Notes under the pieces: generated by a model
Told to the model about the DNA's origin: nothing
Seen by the model: the letters and a program-made list of their open reading frames with translations, nothing else
The model's database searches: none
NCBI RefSeq assembly: GCF_030362855.1
Contig: NZ_JAUCBP010000007.1
Span: 308,675-372,674, forward strand
Reading direction: 5' to 3'
Source: Alteromonas arenosi
Lineage (GTDB): Bacteria > Pseudomonadota > Gammaproteobacteria > Enterobacterales > Alteromonadaceae
DNA: 64,000 nucleotides
Shown here: positions 36,060-46,541 of the stretch, one piece after another
Numbering within the stretch: the stretch's first letter is position 1
How the letters are laid out: every line of letters starts with the position of its first letter
Program-made: the position numbers and the translations under genes

Positions 36060-38654
36060 GTGCCATCGATAGAGAAGTTCGACTTGAGTTTAAAATCTTG
36101 TATTACCGCTTTTTTGTGGACGTTATTACTGTTAATAACTCAACCCACCTTGGCGGCTATGCCCAATACACAGTTTCATGACCAAAGCCATTTTCCGATT
36201 GCCCCAGCGTTCGATGTTTATATAGATGCAAACAATCAACTAGATATTCAAGCCGTTCGCGAGCTAGGTGATGACCAATGGCAACCAGAAACGCCAGCAT
36301 CTGCAAGCTTCGGTTTCACGCAAGCGGCGTATTGGACTCGTCTTGAATTGGTCAATCAAAGCAGTCAAACCCAAAATTATGTGGTTGAAATAGACTACAC
36401 CTTGCTCGACAGTGTGACCTTCTACCCGTTTAGAGCGGGGCTTGCACAACAATCGATTCAAACCGGCGATACGTTGCCCTTTTATCCGCGCGAGATAGAT
36501 CACCCCAGTCAGTTATTAGGTCTGCAATTGGCGCCACAAGAACGAGTTGAATTGTACGTTCGGGTCGTAACGGATGGCTCTATGTTGATCCCCATGCGTT
36601 TGTGGGAGGAGCGTGCCTTTTTCGAATCTGCTGCCGTCGCGCAAAAGGTCCATTTTTTATATTACGGTGCAATATTGGTGATTGTACTTATCAATATTGC
36701 CGTGTTTGTAACCTTACGCGAGCGTTTGTACTTGTATTACGCACTGGCTACAACAGGGTACTGGCTATTTTTCGCGACCAGTAGAGGTTATTTCCAACAG
36801 CTAATACTGCCGGATAGCCCAGATATTAGTAGTCGTATATTTCTGATTTCCATGCCTGCTTTAGCGCTTTTTTCGCTGTTGTTTGCACGTCAGTTTTTAA
36901 AAACTGCGCAGGTCACTCCTCGATTTGATTGGGCGTTGAAAGCCATGATTGGCTTCGAAATGTTCAATCTTACCCTGGCAATTTTTGGCGACTACAACAC
37001 GGTGGTCAAAGTGTCAGCCGTCGGAGCTGTGTTGCTATTTAGCGTTTTGTTTGTTGCTGGCCCCTTAGTGACACGAGTGCGGCGCACGGCTGGCTGGTAT
37101 TTCACTGTTGCATGGACGCCATTGACTATTGGGTTTTTCGCGACATCAGGTCGCACATCAGGATTCTTGCCCAATACGTTTTTTACCGAGTATGCCATGC
37201 AAATCGGTTCAGGATTAGAGGCGCTCATCTTAACCTTAGCATTAGCGGATAGGCTCTACACCGAACGAGAAAATAAAATTAAAGCACAGGAAGCGAGTAT
37301 TCAAACGGAGAAGGCACGTAGCGAGACCCAAATGCAATTGGCTGACGCGTTATCACGCGACCCTGTTACGGGGTGCTCTAATCGCAATCGCTTGGAGTTA
37401 TTGATAGGTAAAACGATAAAACAATCCCCGGACAAAAAGTTAATCGTGGCATTGGTTAAGGTATCTAATTTTGACGACATCGCTCGAACTCTTGGTTTGT
37501 CCCGTGCTGAAGCGATTCTGAAAAAGTTTGCCCGTAAATTGAGTGAGCATCATCGAGATATTAACGGGGTAGTGACGGCAACGCGTTTTTCGGGTGAGAC
37601 GGAATATATTTACCAAATTGCGCGCGACACATTTTGTTCAGTAATAGAGCAAGCCGCATTTGAAGAAAAACCAGAGAAATACTATCAGACTCTGGTGAAC
37701 TTGGTCGAGCCGATAGGTTTGGACGGTATGCACATTGATATTTCGCCAGTGTATGGCTGCTCTCTCTATCCACAGCACGATGATGTGCCGTCAAATTTGA
37801 TTAAAAAAGCCCTGATTGCGGCTAATCAATCGAATCTATCCGCAGGAACAATGACGCTTTATCACGATCGGATGGATATTTATGATGAGAACCAACTCAC
37901 CATCGTCGGTTTGTTGCGGGATGCATTGCGCAATTCGTCATTGAACTTACTCTATCAACCCAAGTTTGATATCGCCTCTGGCAAAGTTGTAGGTATTGAA
38001 GCATTAGCACGTTGGCATCATGCAGATTTGGGCGATATTTTCCCGGATAAATTTATTCCCTTGGCCAAAAGTTCTGGGTTGATCCATGAGTTAACATTAT
38101 GGGCCATCAGACAAGCGCTAACTGATTTGAACAGATTGAGTGAACTGGGTTTTGACGGCAGCATATCCATCAATATTTGTGCTCAAGATCTGCAATTTAA
38201 GCACTTTGGTCAAGAAGTTACCGAAATACTCAACAGCTTGGAAGTGGACGCTCAGCGGGTCTACTTAGAACTTACTGAATCCGATGCTATGGAAGACCCC
38301 AAAATTGGTATTGCGATGCTTAATCAACTAGCCAAAACTAAGGTTAAAATTTCTATCGATGATTTCGGGACCGGATACTCATCGCTGTCGTATCTTCACA
38401 AATTACCCGCCTCTGAAATAAAGCTTGATCGATCGTTGATACATGATGTTTCAACTGATACCAATACTGCGGTAATTGTCAGTACATCTGTCATGATGGC
38501 CCATGCGTTGGGCTATACGGTAGTTGCAGAAGGCGTGGAAGACCAATCCACTTTGGACAAACTAAAAGAGTTCGATTGTGACGTGTATCAAGGGTATTTC
38601 GGTGGTCGACCGCAGTCAGTTGAGCAATTGATTCAGAACTTTTTTCAAGCCTAA
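36060..38654 (+). CDS. 7TM-DISM receptor with a degenerate GGDEF-like region and a C-terminal EAL c-di-GMP phosphodiesterase domain.
   Basis: 864 aa with a signal peptide, a periplasmic 7TMR-DISMED2-like domain and seven TM helices. EAL motifs are present: EALARW, DDFGTGYSSLSYL and the E.E.D region. Confidence 0.8.
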   Translation: MPSIEKFDLSLKSCITAFLWTLLLLITQPTLAAMPNTQFHDQSHFPIAPAFDVYIDANNQLDIQAVRELGDDQWQPETPASASFGFTQAAYWTRLELVNQSSQTQNYVVEIDYTLLDSVTFYPFRAGLAQQSIQTGDTLPFYPREIDHPSQLLGLQLAPQERVELYVRVVTDGSMLIPMRLWEERAFFESAAVAQKVHFLYYGAILVIVLINIAVFVTLRERLYLYYALATTGYWLFFATSRGYFQQLILPDSPDISSRIFLISMPALALFSLLFARQFLKTAQVTPRFDWALKAMIGFEMFNLTLAIFGDYNTVVKVSAVGAVLLFSVLFVAGPLVTRVRRTAGWYFTVAWTPLTIGFFATSGRTSGFLPNTFFTEYAMQIGSGLEALILTLALADRLYTERENKIKAQEASIQTEKARSETQMQLADALSRDPVTGCSNRNRLELLIGKTIKQSPDKKLIVALVKVSNFDDIARTLGLSRAEAILKKFARKLSEHHRDINGVVTATRFSGETEYIYQIARDTFCSVIEQAAFEEKPEKYYQTLVNLVEPIGLDGMHIDISPVYGCSLYPQHDDVPSNLIKKALIAANQSNLSAGTMTLYHDRMDIYDENQLTIVGLLRDALRNSSLNLLYQPKFDIASGKVVGIEALARWHHADLGDIFPDKFIPLAKSSGLIHELTLWAIRQALTDLNRLSELGFDGSISINICAQDLQFKHFGQEVTEILNSLEVDAQRVYLELTESDAMEDPKIGIAMLNQLAKTKVKISIDDFGTGYSSLSYLHKLPASEIKLDRSLIHDVSTDTNTAVIVSTSVMMAHALGYTVVAEGVEDQSTLDKLKEFDCDVYQGYFGGRPQSVEQLIQNFFQA

Positions 38655-38766
38655 TGTTCAATAGTAGGAGCGCAGGTCTGTATTGATGCATTACTGAGAG
38701 TGAAGTTGGACAGTTTTTTGCAATAGATTCACGGTATGTGTTTTTTGCACAAATTAGAGGAAGCGT

Positions 38767-39402
38767 ATGAAAAAGTTACACAAATTAGGTACATGTGCAT
38801 TATTGGCGTCTGTGCTTGTTGTTGGATGTGAATCAACTGGAAACAACACCCAAAAAGGTGCAGCGATAGGCGCGGTAATCGGCGCTATTGCCGGCAAAGG
38901 CACCGGCGATCACGATAAAAGCCGGTATGTTTGGGGCGCCGCATTAGGCGCAATAGTCGGTGGTGCTATTGGTGCATACATGGATGAACAAGAAGAGGCG
39001 CTTCGCGAGGAGTTGGCCGATTCTGGTGTGGAAGTGTATCGAGAAGGCGACACCATTCGACTGGTAATGCCGGGAAATATTACCTTTGCAACCAATAGCT
39101 CGGAAATTCAGCCCAGCTTTAATGAAGTACTCAACGATGTAGCATTAGTTCTGAATAAGTATGACAAGACGAAGCTGCAAATTGCAGGGCATACGGATTC
39201 AAGCGGTGATGCACAATACAATCAGCAACTATCTATTATGCGAGCAAATAGCGTTGCGGCTTACTTGGTTAGCGCGAACATGAACGAAGCGCGCTTGCAA
39301 ACGGTAGGCTTTGGTGAAACTCAGCCCATTGCGAGCAATGAGACCGCCGACGGTCGAAGCCAAAATCGCCGCGTTGAATTACAAATTATTCCACTGACTT
39401 AA
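38767..39402 (+). CDS. OmpA-family lipoprotein (glycine-zipper + OmpA_C peptidoglycan-binding domain).
   Basis: Lipobox VVGC. A glycine zipper GAAIGAVIGAIAG is present. The OmpA_C motifs are …NITFATNSSEI…IAGHTDSSGD…YNQQLSIMRANSVAAYL…. Confidence 0.85.
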   Translation: MKKLHKLGTCALLASVLVVGCESTGNNTQKGAAIGAVIGAIAGKGTGDHDKSRYVWGAALGAIVGGAIGAYMDEQEEALREELADSGVEVYREGDTIRLVMPGNITFATNSSEIQPSFNEVLNDVALVLNKYDKTKLQIAGHTDSSGDAQYNQQLSIMRANSVAAYLVSANMNEARLQTVGFGETQPIASNETADGRSQNRRVELQIIPLT

Positions 39403-39534
39403 GTAATCCAATTAGTAAGTTTGCGTTTGCGGCAATCTATGATTGTCGCAACAAAACGACACAATTCCCTTATGTGTTATTCATTCGTCTTAGTGTAAGA
39501 TCAGGTTAAGTTTGCACAAGGATTAGGGAAATTT

Positions 39535-42500
39535 GTGAAGTTAACCACCCAGAGTCTTAATAACCCAACGGCTGTGATCATTATTACCCTCATGGTAATT
39601 GTTTTGGGTGTTATTTCCTTACTTCGTATCCCCGCGCAGCTATTGCCAAACATTGAGAAGCCGGTTATTACGGTGATCAGTTCGTGGCCGGGCGCTTCAC
39701 CCGCCGAAATCGAATCAGAACTAACTGTGCCGATTGAAGAAGTGCTCGTAGGCACACCAGGGATGACTGATATGTTGGCGTGGAGCATGTCAGATTTCGG
39801 TTTTATGCAGTTGGAGTTTGCACTTGAAACGGATATGACGCGGGCATTAATTGATGTGATAAGCCGTTTAAATCGATTGCGACCTTTACCGGCAAATGCT
39901 CAGCGACCACAGATAATGATGGGTGAGTGGGGTGACGCGAATGACACGTTGATTGACTACTTTATCCAAAATGACGCATCCGTCAGTGAGCAACAAAAGC
40001 AAGCCAATAGTAAGTTTATTCGCGATAATATTTTGCCTGAGTTGCAGGCGTTATACGGTGTATCGCGCATAGAGTTTGACGACGGTAGTTGGGGCGATGG
40101 TGAACAACTGCAAATTATCTTTGATATTTTCCGTGCTGCGGAACTCGGTATTGATATTGCCCGAGTACCTAGTTTAATCGGCCGGTCACAGGATATGTCG
40201 AGCGGCTTTGTCGATGTAGGTCGCAAACAATATACAGTCCGCTTTGAGGGCCGTTACGACGTCGATGAGCTTGCAGCATTGATTCTGGAAGAGCGCAATG
40301 GCGTGGAGATCAGACTTGCAGATATAGCCAAGATTGAAATCGGCCCCGGACGAGCCGGTGGATTTATCTATCAAAATGGCAATCCAGCGTTTCGTCTAGC
40401 CGTATCAAAAACCAATGACGCCAACGTGTTAAAAGCACTTGATGGCGTTAAACAAAAAATGGCTGAACTCAATGAGACCGTATTTGCCGAACGTGGTTTG
40501 AAGGCGCAGTACTCATTTGACCCTGGGCGCTACATCCAGCGCTCAATGGGCTTGTTGGGCAGTAATTTGGCGCTGGGAATGTTGTTTGCTGTTACCGTGT
40601 TATGGCTGTTCCTGCGCAAATGGCGAGCAACGCTGTTAATTGCTGTTGCCATACCGGTTTCCCTGTTAGCGACTTTCATCATATTGGGCCTAACTGGTCG
40701 CTCGCTCAACGTTATCTCACTGGCCGGTTTAGCCTTTGCCTCGGGAATGGTGCTGGACGCTGCGATTGTGGTGCTGGAAAACATTGTACGTCTTAGAGAG
40801 CGCGGAGAGGATATCGCTACAGCGAGCGATAAAGGAGCGACACAAGTGTGGGGAGCTTTGTTGGCATCAACAGCGACCACTGTTGCGATTTTTGTTCCCA
40901 TAATGTTCTTAGAGGATGCTGAGGGTCAAATGTTCGCTGATTTGGCACTGACCATTGCTATTGGCATCAGTGTTTCTTTGGTTGTTGCTGTTACCTTATT
41001 GCCAACAGGGGCCAGATATTTACTCAAGGGCAAACACTCTTCAGCCCTGACATCCGACCCCAAACGTTGGGAAGCTCTGGCCGATGGTCTTATGCGGTTG
41101 ACCAACTCTCAAGGTAAACGCTCATTTTGGATCGCAGGTCTGATCGTTATACCGATCACCTTAACCATTACCTTATGGCCAGATAGCAACTATTTACCAC
41201 CGGTTAAACGCGATACCGTCGACAGTTTTTTGTTCTTCCCGCCAGGCACTAACGTAGCGACTGCCGATCGTGAAATTGCCCAAGTTATTGCTAAGCGATT
41301 AGAGCCACATTTAAATGGTGAGAAGCAACCCGCGGTGCGCGACTATTTTTTCTGGTCGTTTCCCGGTGGCTCAGGTGGGTGGCTAGCTTTAAACGGCGAG
41401 GACGGCACTGATTTAAATCAGCTCCAACAGACGATTCAAATGGATATCATCAGCGGCATTCCTGATATGTTTGGTTTTTCAATGCGTCGCAGTTTGTTCG
41501 GCGGGTTTAGTGATTCCAACAGTGTGCGATTGGAGATGACCAGTACGGATCTCGATGCAGTAAAACAAGCTGCAATGGCTGGAATGGGCATAGTCATGCA
41601 ATCAATCCCCGGTGCCACAGCTAATCCAGAACCCGATCCCTTTTCGGACTCTACCGAATTGCGTTTTATTCCCAATGACAGTCGCTTGAAGGAAGTCGGT
41701 TGGGGCCGTGAAGATTTGGCCGTAGTCATTTCCCAGCTCGGTCAGGGCATGTGGATGGGTGAGTACTTTGATGGTGCCAAACGACTGGATATTTACTTAA
41801 AAACAGCGCGTTTTGAAACCCCAGAGCAATTGGCTGATCTACCCGTTATGACCCCGCGGGGCGGAATAGTACCATTGGCCGAGTTGGTTGAAATTGACAT
41901 CGTTTTAGCCCCAAGTGCAATTGCCCGTACTAATCGCAAACGTGGCTATACACTGAGCATAAACCCACCTGAAGGGATGTCTCTAGAGGGCCTTATTAAC
42001 GAATTAGAGGCTAAAGTTGAACCGGCATTGCGTGCACAATTACCTGCAGATGCGCAAATCAAATACAGTGGTAGTGCGGAAGATTTAGCGCGTGCTATTT
42101 CCACCTTGAGCGTGAATTTTGTCATGGCGTTTTTACTTTTATTGTTAATTATGGCGGGTTTGTTTAAGTCGCTCAAAGCGGCGGTACAGGTGTGTATTGC
42201 ACTACCTCTTGCCTGTGTGGGCGGCGTGTTAGCATTGCAATTATTGGATATATTTAATCCGCAACCGTTAGATTTACTCGGCATGATAGGATTTATTATT
42301 TTACTTGGATTGGTGGTCAACAATGCCATTCTACTAGTGTCGCAAACCCGCGATGGCTTGAAATCTGGATTGGCAGTAGAAGAGGCTGTGCGCAATGCAC
42401 TTAGCATTCGCTTGAGACCTATTTTTATGAGTACGTTAACCAGTCTGTTTGGCATGCTGCCACTTCTGTTATTCCCTGGGGACGGCAGTGATATTTATCG

Positions 42501-42606
42501 CGGCATGGCTGCAGCAATCGTCGGTGGAATGTCGGTATCAACCGTATTTACCTTGATTTTGTTGCCGTGTTTATTGCAATTTTCTTTTCAGCGTTCGAGG
42601 GCATAA
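39535..42606 (+). CDS. RND efflux transporter permease (AcrB/HAE1-like).
   Basis: 1023 aa with a 12-TM RND topology and two large periplasmic loops. The start is GTG. It is followed immediately by the adaptor gene. Confidence 0.9.
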   Translation: MKLTTQSLNNPTAVIIITLMVIVLGVISLLRIPAQLLPNIEKPVITVISSWPGASPAEIESELTVPIEEVLVGTPGMTDMLAWSMSDFGFMQLEFALETDMTRALIDVISRLNRLRPLPANAQRPQIMMGEWGDANDTLIDYFIQNDASVSEQQKQANSKFIRDNILPELQALYGVSRIEFDDGSWGDGEQLQIIFDIFRAAELGIDIARVPSLIGRSQDMSSGFVDVGRKQYTVRFEGRYDVDELAALILEERNGVEIRLADIAKIEIGPGRAGGFIYQNGNPAFRLAVSKTNDANVLKALDGVKQKMAELNETVFAERGLKAQYSFDPGRYIQRSMGLLGSNLALGMLFAVTVLWLFLRKWRATLLIAVAIPVSLLATFIILGLTGRSLNVISLAGLAFASGMVLDAAIVVLENIVRLRERGEDIATASDKGATQVWGALLASTATTVAIFVPIMFLEDAEGQMFADLALTIAIGISVSLVVAVTLLPTGARYLLKGKHSSALTSDPKRWEALADGLMRLTNSQGKRSFWIAGLIVIPITLTITLWPDSNYLPPVKRDTVDSFLFFPPGTNVATADREIAQVIAKRLEPHLNGEKQPAVRDYFFWSFPGGSGGWLALNGEDGTDLNQLQQTIQMDIISGIPDMFGFSMRRSLFGGFSDSNSVRLEMTSTDLDAVKQAAMAGMGIVMQSIPGATANPEPDPFSDSTELRFIPNDSRLKEVGWGREDLAVVISQLGQGMWMGEYFDGAKRLDIYLKTARFETPEQLADLPVMTPRGGIVPLAELVEIDIVLAPSAIARTNRKRGYTLSINPPEGMSLEGLINELEAKVEPALRAQLPADAQIKYSGSAEDLARAISTLSVNFVMAFLLLLLIMAGLFKSLKAAVQVCIALPLACVGGVLALQLLDIFNPQPLDLLGMIGFIILLGLVVNNAILLVSQTRDGLKSGLAVEEAVRNALSIRLRPIFMSTLTSLFGMLPLLLFPGDGSDIYRGMAAAIVGGMSVSTVFTLILLPCLLQFSFQRSRA

Positions 42607-43653
42607 TTGTTGAAACAGCTACTTACCATCGTGGGATTGAGCTTAATGCTCCTAGTATCTACCGACCTACTCGCGAGGCAAATGCCACCCGCGGATGTTG
42701 AAGTCTATGAGATTAATGTTCGAGCAATGGCACCAACTATCGCTTTGAAAGGCGAGGTGGCGTCGTTGCAAGACGCAGTGTTATCAGCCGAAGTTGAGGG
42801 GCTGCTTGAAGACATTTTATTAGTGGGAGCAGTTGTCAAAAAAGGTCAGGTTATTGCGCAGCTCAATCGCGACCGGATGAGTTGGCAGATGCAACGCGCC
42901 GAAGCTGAGCTTGCCAGTTTACGTGCAGATTTGGCGTTTCGTCGCTCTGAGGTCGAGCGCTTTACTGTGCTTGCCAGCCAAGACAATGCATCAAAAACGC
43001 AGCTACAACGGGAGTTAGCTAATACACAAATGCTTGAACAGCAAATTGTACTTGCTCAAGTTAATCTGAATGAGGCGCAGCGCTTGCTCGCTGATACTGC
43101 GATTAAAGCCCCATTTGACGGGGTGTTGGCTGCACGTCACGCACAAGTTGGCGAGCTTATTCGCGTTGGCGATCCGTTGGTTAGATTAGTTAATACAGAG
43201 ATCAAAGATATTGTTTTGCCAACACCAATCCAGTATCAAAGTTTTATTTCTGTAGGCACGCCGCTCTTGGTGGAGTACCGCGGAAAAACGTTAAACCTAC
43301 CTATACGCCATGTTGTCCCTATCGGTGATCCCAATTCGCGTATGATAGAAGTACGTATTGATGCCAATAAGACGCCTTTGCTAGTGGGTGACGCTGTAAC
43401 AGTATCGGTGCCTAAAGCGCATTCAAGTGATGAGCCCGCTGTACCGCGTGACGCGCTCATTATCAGAGGTGCTCAGACCTTCGTGTACCGGGTAAGCGCC
43501 GATCAGCAAGCAGAGCAAGTCTTGGTAAAGGTAAGATTTGCCGACGGTGACTGGATCGTAGTGGATGGGCCAATTAATGCGGGAGACCGTATTATTGTAC
43601 GGGGGGCCGAGCGGCTTCAGCCAAATGCAAAAGTGAATGTGAAGAATCCATAA
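42607..43653 (+). CDS. RND efflux periplasmic adaptor (membrane fusion protein, HlyD family).
   Basis: 348 aa with a signal/TM segment, a coiled-coil hairpin (…RAEAELASLRADLAFRRSEVERF…), and lipoyl and beta-barrel domains. The start is TTG 42607; an alternative ATG lies at 42646. Confidence 0.8.
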   Translation: MLKQLLTIVGLSLMLLVSTDLLARQMPPADVEVYEINVRAMAPTIALKGEVASLQDAVLSAEVEGLLEDILLVGAVVKKGQVIAQLNRDRMSWQMQRAEAELASLRADLAFRRSEVERFTVLASQDNASKTQLQRELANTQMLEQQIVLAQVNLNEAQRLLADTAIKAPFDGVLAARHAQVGELIRVGDPLVRLVNTEIKDIVLPTPIQYQSFISVGTPLLVEYRGKTLNLPIRHVVPIGDPNSRMIEVRIDANKTPLLVGDAVTVSVPKAHSSDEPAVPRDALIIRGAQTFVYRVSADQQAEQVLVKVRFADGDWIVVDGPINAGDRIIVRGAERLQPNAKVNVKNP

Positions 43654-43695
43654 GTTGTTGTAGTTATCCAATCAAATCAACAAGGGTGACTTGAG

Positions 43696-44220
43696 ATGAA
43701 AAAGAATTTAGTACTTACGACATGTTTAGCAGCAGGGCTTATATTTGGCGGTACAACTGTCAATGCATACGGTCAAACGGAAGCTGTTGAGCAAGACATC
43801 GAGGTAGTTTCAGTCAAAGGTCAGCGCTCTATTGAATATTACGTACGGGAATACGAGCGCGCTAAAGTGGCTATGTATGATGTATTTAATCGTATAAATA
43901 CCGAACGTCAATTTGCGATTGATTGCCGAATCGTGAAACCGATTGGTACTCAAATTGCGCAACGAGAATGTCTACCGCGGTTTTACCGTGACGAAACCGC
44001 CTATCAAACGCAATTAGTGTGGTTGGGCGTAAGCAACAATTTCGTCGTTGATGGTGATCAGATTAACTTTTTGACCAAGGAGAAACAGGCAGAGTTTTAC
44101 GCGCACATTGCTAAGTTGGCGGAAGATTCACCAGAGCTGCTGGCTCATTTGCAAAACATTTCGAGTAAACTCGAAGCGTTGATGGTCAGAAAGTACGGCG
44201 ATCCAGACGCAATTGAGTGA
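43696..44220 (+). CDS. Secreted hypothetical protein (174 aa).
   Basis: Signal peptide MKKNLVLTTCLAAGLIFGGTTVNA. No recognised family. Confidence 0.5.
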   Translation: MKKNLVLTTCLAAGLIFGGTTVNAYGQTEAVEQDIEVVSVKGQRSIEYYVREYERAKVAMYDVFNRINTERQFAIDCRIVKPIGTQIAQRECLPRFYRDETAYQTQLVWLGVSNNFVVDGDQINFLTKEKQAEFYAHIAKLAEDSPELLAHLQNISSKLEALMVRKYGDPDAIE

Positions 44221-44415
44221 AGTTTGAATCGTATGCAGCAAGCCTTATTAGGCTTGCAGGCGAAGGCTACAGAAGGTATACTACGCGGCAATTAGTGAGA
44301 CGGGCTCCCTCTTCGGAAAGTAACGTTTCACGCGAGGCACTTGTTGTGAAGTCAACATGCCGATTCATTTTTGGAAAACTGGTGAGTTCACAAGTGTTTC
44401 CAGCCAGTATATGAG

Positions 44416-44439
44416 CCCCGCATTAGTCCGGGGTTTTTT
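44416..44439 (+). terminator. Hairpin plus T-run between the secreted-protein gene and rimP. It may be a leader terminator/attenuator or the end of a small RNA.
   Basis: CCCCG-cattagtc-CGGGG followed by tttttt. Confidence 0.4.
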
Positions 44440-44524
44440 GTTGGTAAATTTCAGTATCGGCACGTTGGTTGTAAAGTGCACTTCAGTTGGGCTATAGGCC
44501 CTTTTTTCGTATTTGGAGGTTTGT

Positions 44525-44983
44525 TTGTCGCAACTTGAAAAACGGCTAACAACAATGTTAAACGCGCCAGTTGAAGCGCTTGGTTTTGAGCTCGTCGGCG
44601 TAGAATTTGTCCGTGCGGGTAAGCATTCGATTATGCGTGTGTACATCGACCACGAAAACGGTATCAACGTGGACGATTGTGCCGAGGTAAGTCACCAGGT
44701 AAGTGCGGTACTGGATGTAGAAGATCCAATCAGTACTGAATACAACTTAGAAGTATCATCTCCTGGAATGGACCGCCCGCTATTTAAAGAGCAACACTAT
44801 GCTGCCATTGTTGGTGAAGTAGTGAATGTTAGGTTGTCGATGCCAATGAATAATCGACGCAATTTTAAAGGAACACTTGTGGCCGTTGAAGACGGCGTTA
44901 TAAGTGTTGAAGTTGATGGTCAAACGTTCGACTTGGCGTTTGCGAATATAGAAAAAGGGAACCTAGTTCCAACGTTTGATTAA
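44525..44983 (+). CDS. rimP: Ribosome maturation factor RimP.
   Basis: Collinear with E. coli RimP (…[11 protein letters not shown]…[25 protein letters not shown]…[14 protein letters not shown]…). The start is TTG 44525, 5 nt after GGAGG. The track ORF starts at TTG 44513, which would place the RBS inside the ORF. Confidence 0.85.
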   Translation: MSQLEKRLTTMLNAPVEALGFELVGVEFVRAGKHSIMRVYIDHENGINVDDCAEVSHQVSAVLDVEDPISTEYNLEVSSPGMDRPLFKEQHYAAIVGEVVNVRLSMPMNNRRNFKGTLVAVEDGVISVEVDGQTFDLAFANIEKGNLVPTFD

Positions 44984-45020
44984 CAGCATCGAATCGCTGT
45001 AATTGTCAATGAGGCAAGAG

Positions 45021-46517
45021 ATGAGTAAAGAAATTTTGTTAGTGGCGGAAGCCGTATCGAATGAAAAAATGGTTCCTCGTGAGAAGATTTTCGAAGCGTT
45101 GGAATACGCATTAGCGAGCGCCACTAAAAAGAAAAATGAAGGCGAGATTGAAGTGCGCGTATCCATTGATCGCGACACTGGTGATTTTGATACCTTCCGT
45201 CGTTGGTTAGTAACGCCTGACGATCAGCCGCAAGAAAATCCGTATGCAGAAATGACCTTATCTGCAGCACAGATTGACGACCCGGAAGTTCAAGTAGGGG
45301 ATTACGTAGAAGAGCAGATTGAATCAATCGCGTTCGACCGTATTACTACGCAAACTGCCAAGCAAGTTATCGTACAAAAAGTCCGCGAGGCTGAACGTGC
45401 GCAAATGATTGCTGAATACGAAGATCGCGTGGGTGAGCTGGTTACGGGTACGGTTAAGAAAGTTAATCGCGACAATATTATTATTGACCTTGGCAACAAC
45501 GCTGAAGGCGTTATCTTCCGCGACGATATGTTGCCGCGTGAAACGTTCCGCCCTGGCGACCGCGTACGCGGATTACTTTACGTCATTCGCCCAGAAGCAC
45601 GTGGTGCACAATTGTTTATCAGTCGTACTCATCCTGACATGTTGGTTGAGCTATTCCGCTTAGAAGTACCGGAAATTGCTGAAGAAACGCTTGAAATTAA
45701 ATCTGCGGCGCGTGACCCAGGTTCACGGGCAAAAATTGCAGTAAAAACCAATGACAAACGCTTAGATCCGGTAGGAGCGTGTGTTGGTATGCGTGGTTCA
45801 CGTGTGCAAGCGGTTTCTGGCGAGCTCGGTGGTGAGCGCGTCGATATCGTGTTGTGGGATGAGAATCCAGCGCAATTCGTTATCAACGCCATGGCACCTG
45901 CTGAAGTGGCATCAATTGTTGTTGACGAAGATAACGGCAACATGGACGTAGCAGTAGAAGCTGACAACCTAGCACAAGCAATCGGTCGTAGCGGTCAAAA
46001 CGTTCGCCTTGCCAGTCAATTGACCGGTTGGGAACTCAACGTTATGACAGTTGAAGATCTCAACAACAAGCACGCTGAAGAAAATGCAAAAGTGTTGGAA
46101 GTCTTCACTGCAGGTCTTGATATTGATGAAGACTTTGCCACGGTGTTGGTTGACGAAGGTTTTACGACGTTAGAAGAAGTCGCATACGTACCAGTCGGTG
46201 AGTTACTAGCGATTGAAGGTCTTGACGAAGAGACGGTTGAAGAGTTGCGTAATCGCGCACGTGCAACCTTGACTACTCAAGCACTGGCTAACGAAGAGTC
46301 GTTAGAAGCAAGTGAGCCAAAAGAAGAACTTCTTAACCTTGAAGGTATGGAGCGCCACGTGGCGTTTGTATTGGCAAGCCGCGGCATCACTGATCTTGAG
46401 TCGTTAGCCGAGCAAGGTACAGATGAAATCAGCGATATTGAAGAACTAGACGAAGAAAAAGCCGGCCAGCTAATTATGGCTGCGCGTAACATCGTTTGGT
46501 TTAGTGAAGAAGAATAA
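45021..46517 (+). CDS. nusA: Transcription termination/antitermination factor NusA.
   Basis: About 75% identical by eye to E. coli NusA from [16 protein letters not shown] onward, with S1, KH and AR domains. The start is ATG 45021, matching E. coli MNKEIL. The track ORF adds 6 N-terminal residues. Confidence 0.95.
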   Translation: MSKEILLVAEAVSNEKMVPREKIFEALEYALASATKKKNEGEIEVRVSIDRDTGDFDTFRRWLVTPDDQPQENPYAEMTLSAAQIDDPEVQVGDYVEEQIESIAFDRITTQTAKQVIVQKVREAERAQMIAEYEDRVGELVTGTVKKVNRDNIIIDLGNNAEGVIFRDDMLPRETFRPGDRVRGLLYVIRPEARGAQLFISRTHPDMLVELFRLEVPEIAEETLEIKSAARDPGSRAKIAVKTNDKRLDPVGACVGMRGSRVQAVSGELGGERVDIVLWDENPAQFVINAMAPAEVASIVVDEDNGNMDVAVEADNLAQAIGRSGQNVRLASQLTGWELNVMTVEDLNNKHAEENAKVLEVFTAGLDIDEDFATVLVDEGFTTLEEVAYVPVGELLAIEGLDEETVEELRNRARATLTTQALANEESLEASEPKEELLNLEGMERHVAFVLASRGITDLESLAEQGTDEISDIEELDEEKAGQLIMAARNIVWFSEEE

Positions 46518-46541
46518 GGTCAACGAGAGGAAATTCCAGTA

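Noticed and set aside
44330-44360. A possible remnant of metY: a 7-mer CGGGCTC shared with the tRNA-fMet anticodon arm.
   Set aside because: Only a 7 nt match with no surrounding cloverleaf elements, which is consistent with chance.
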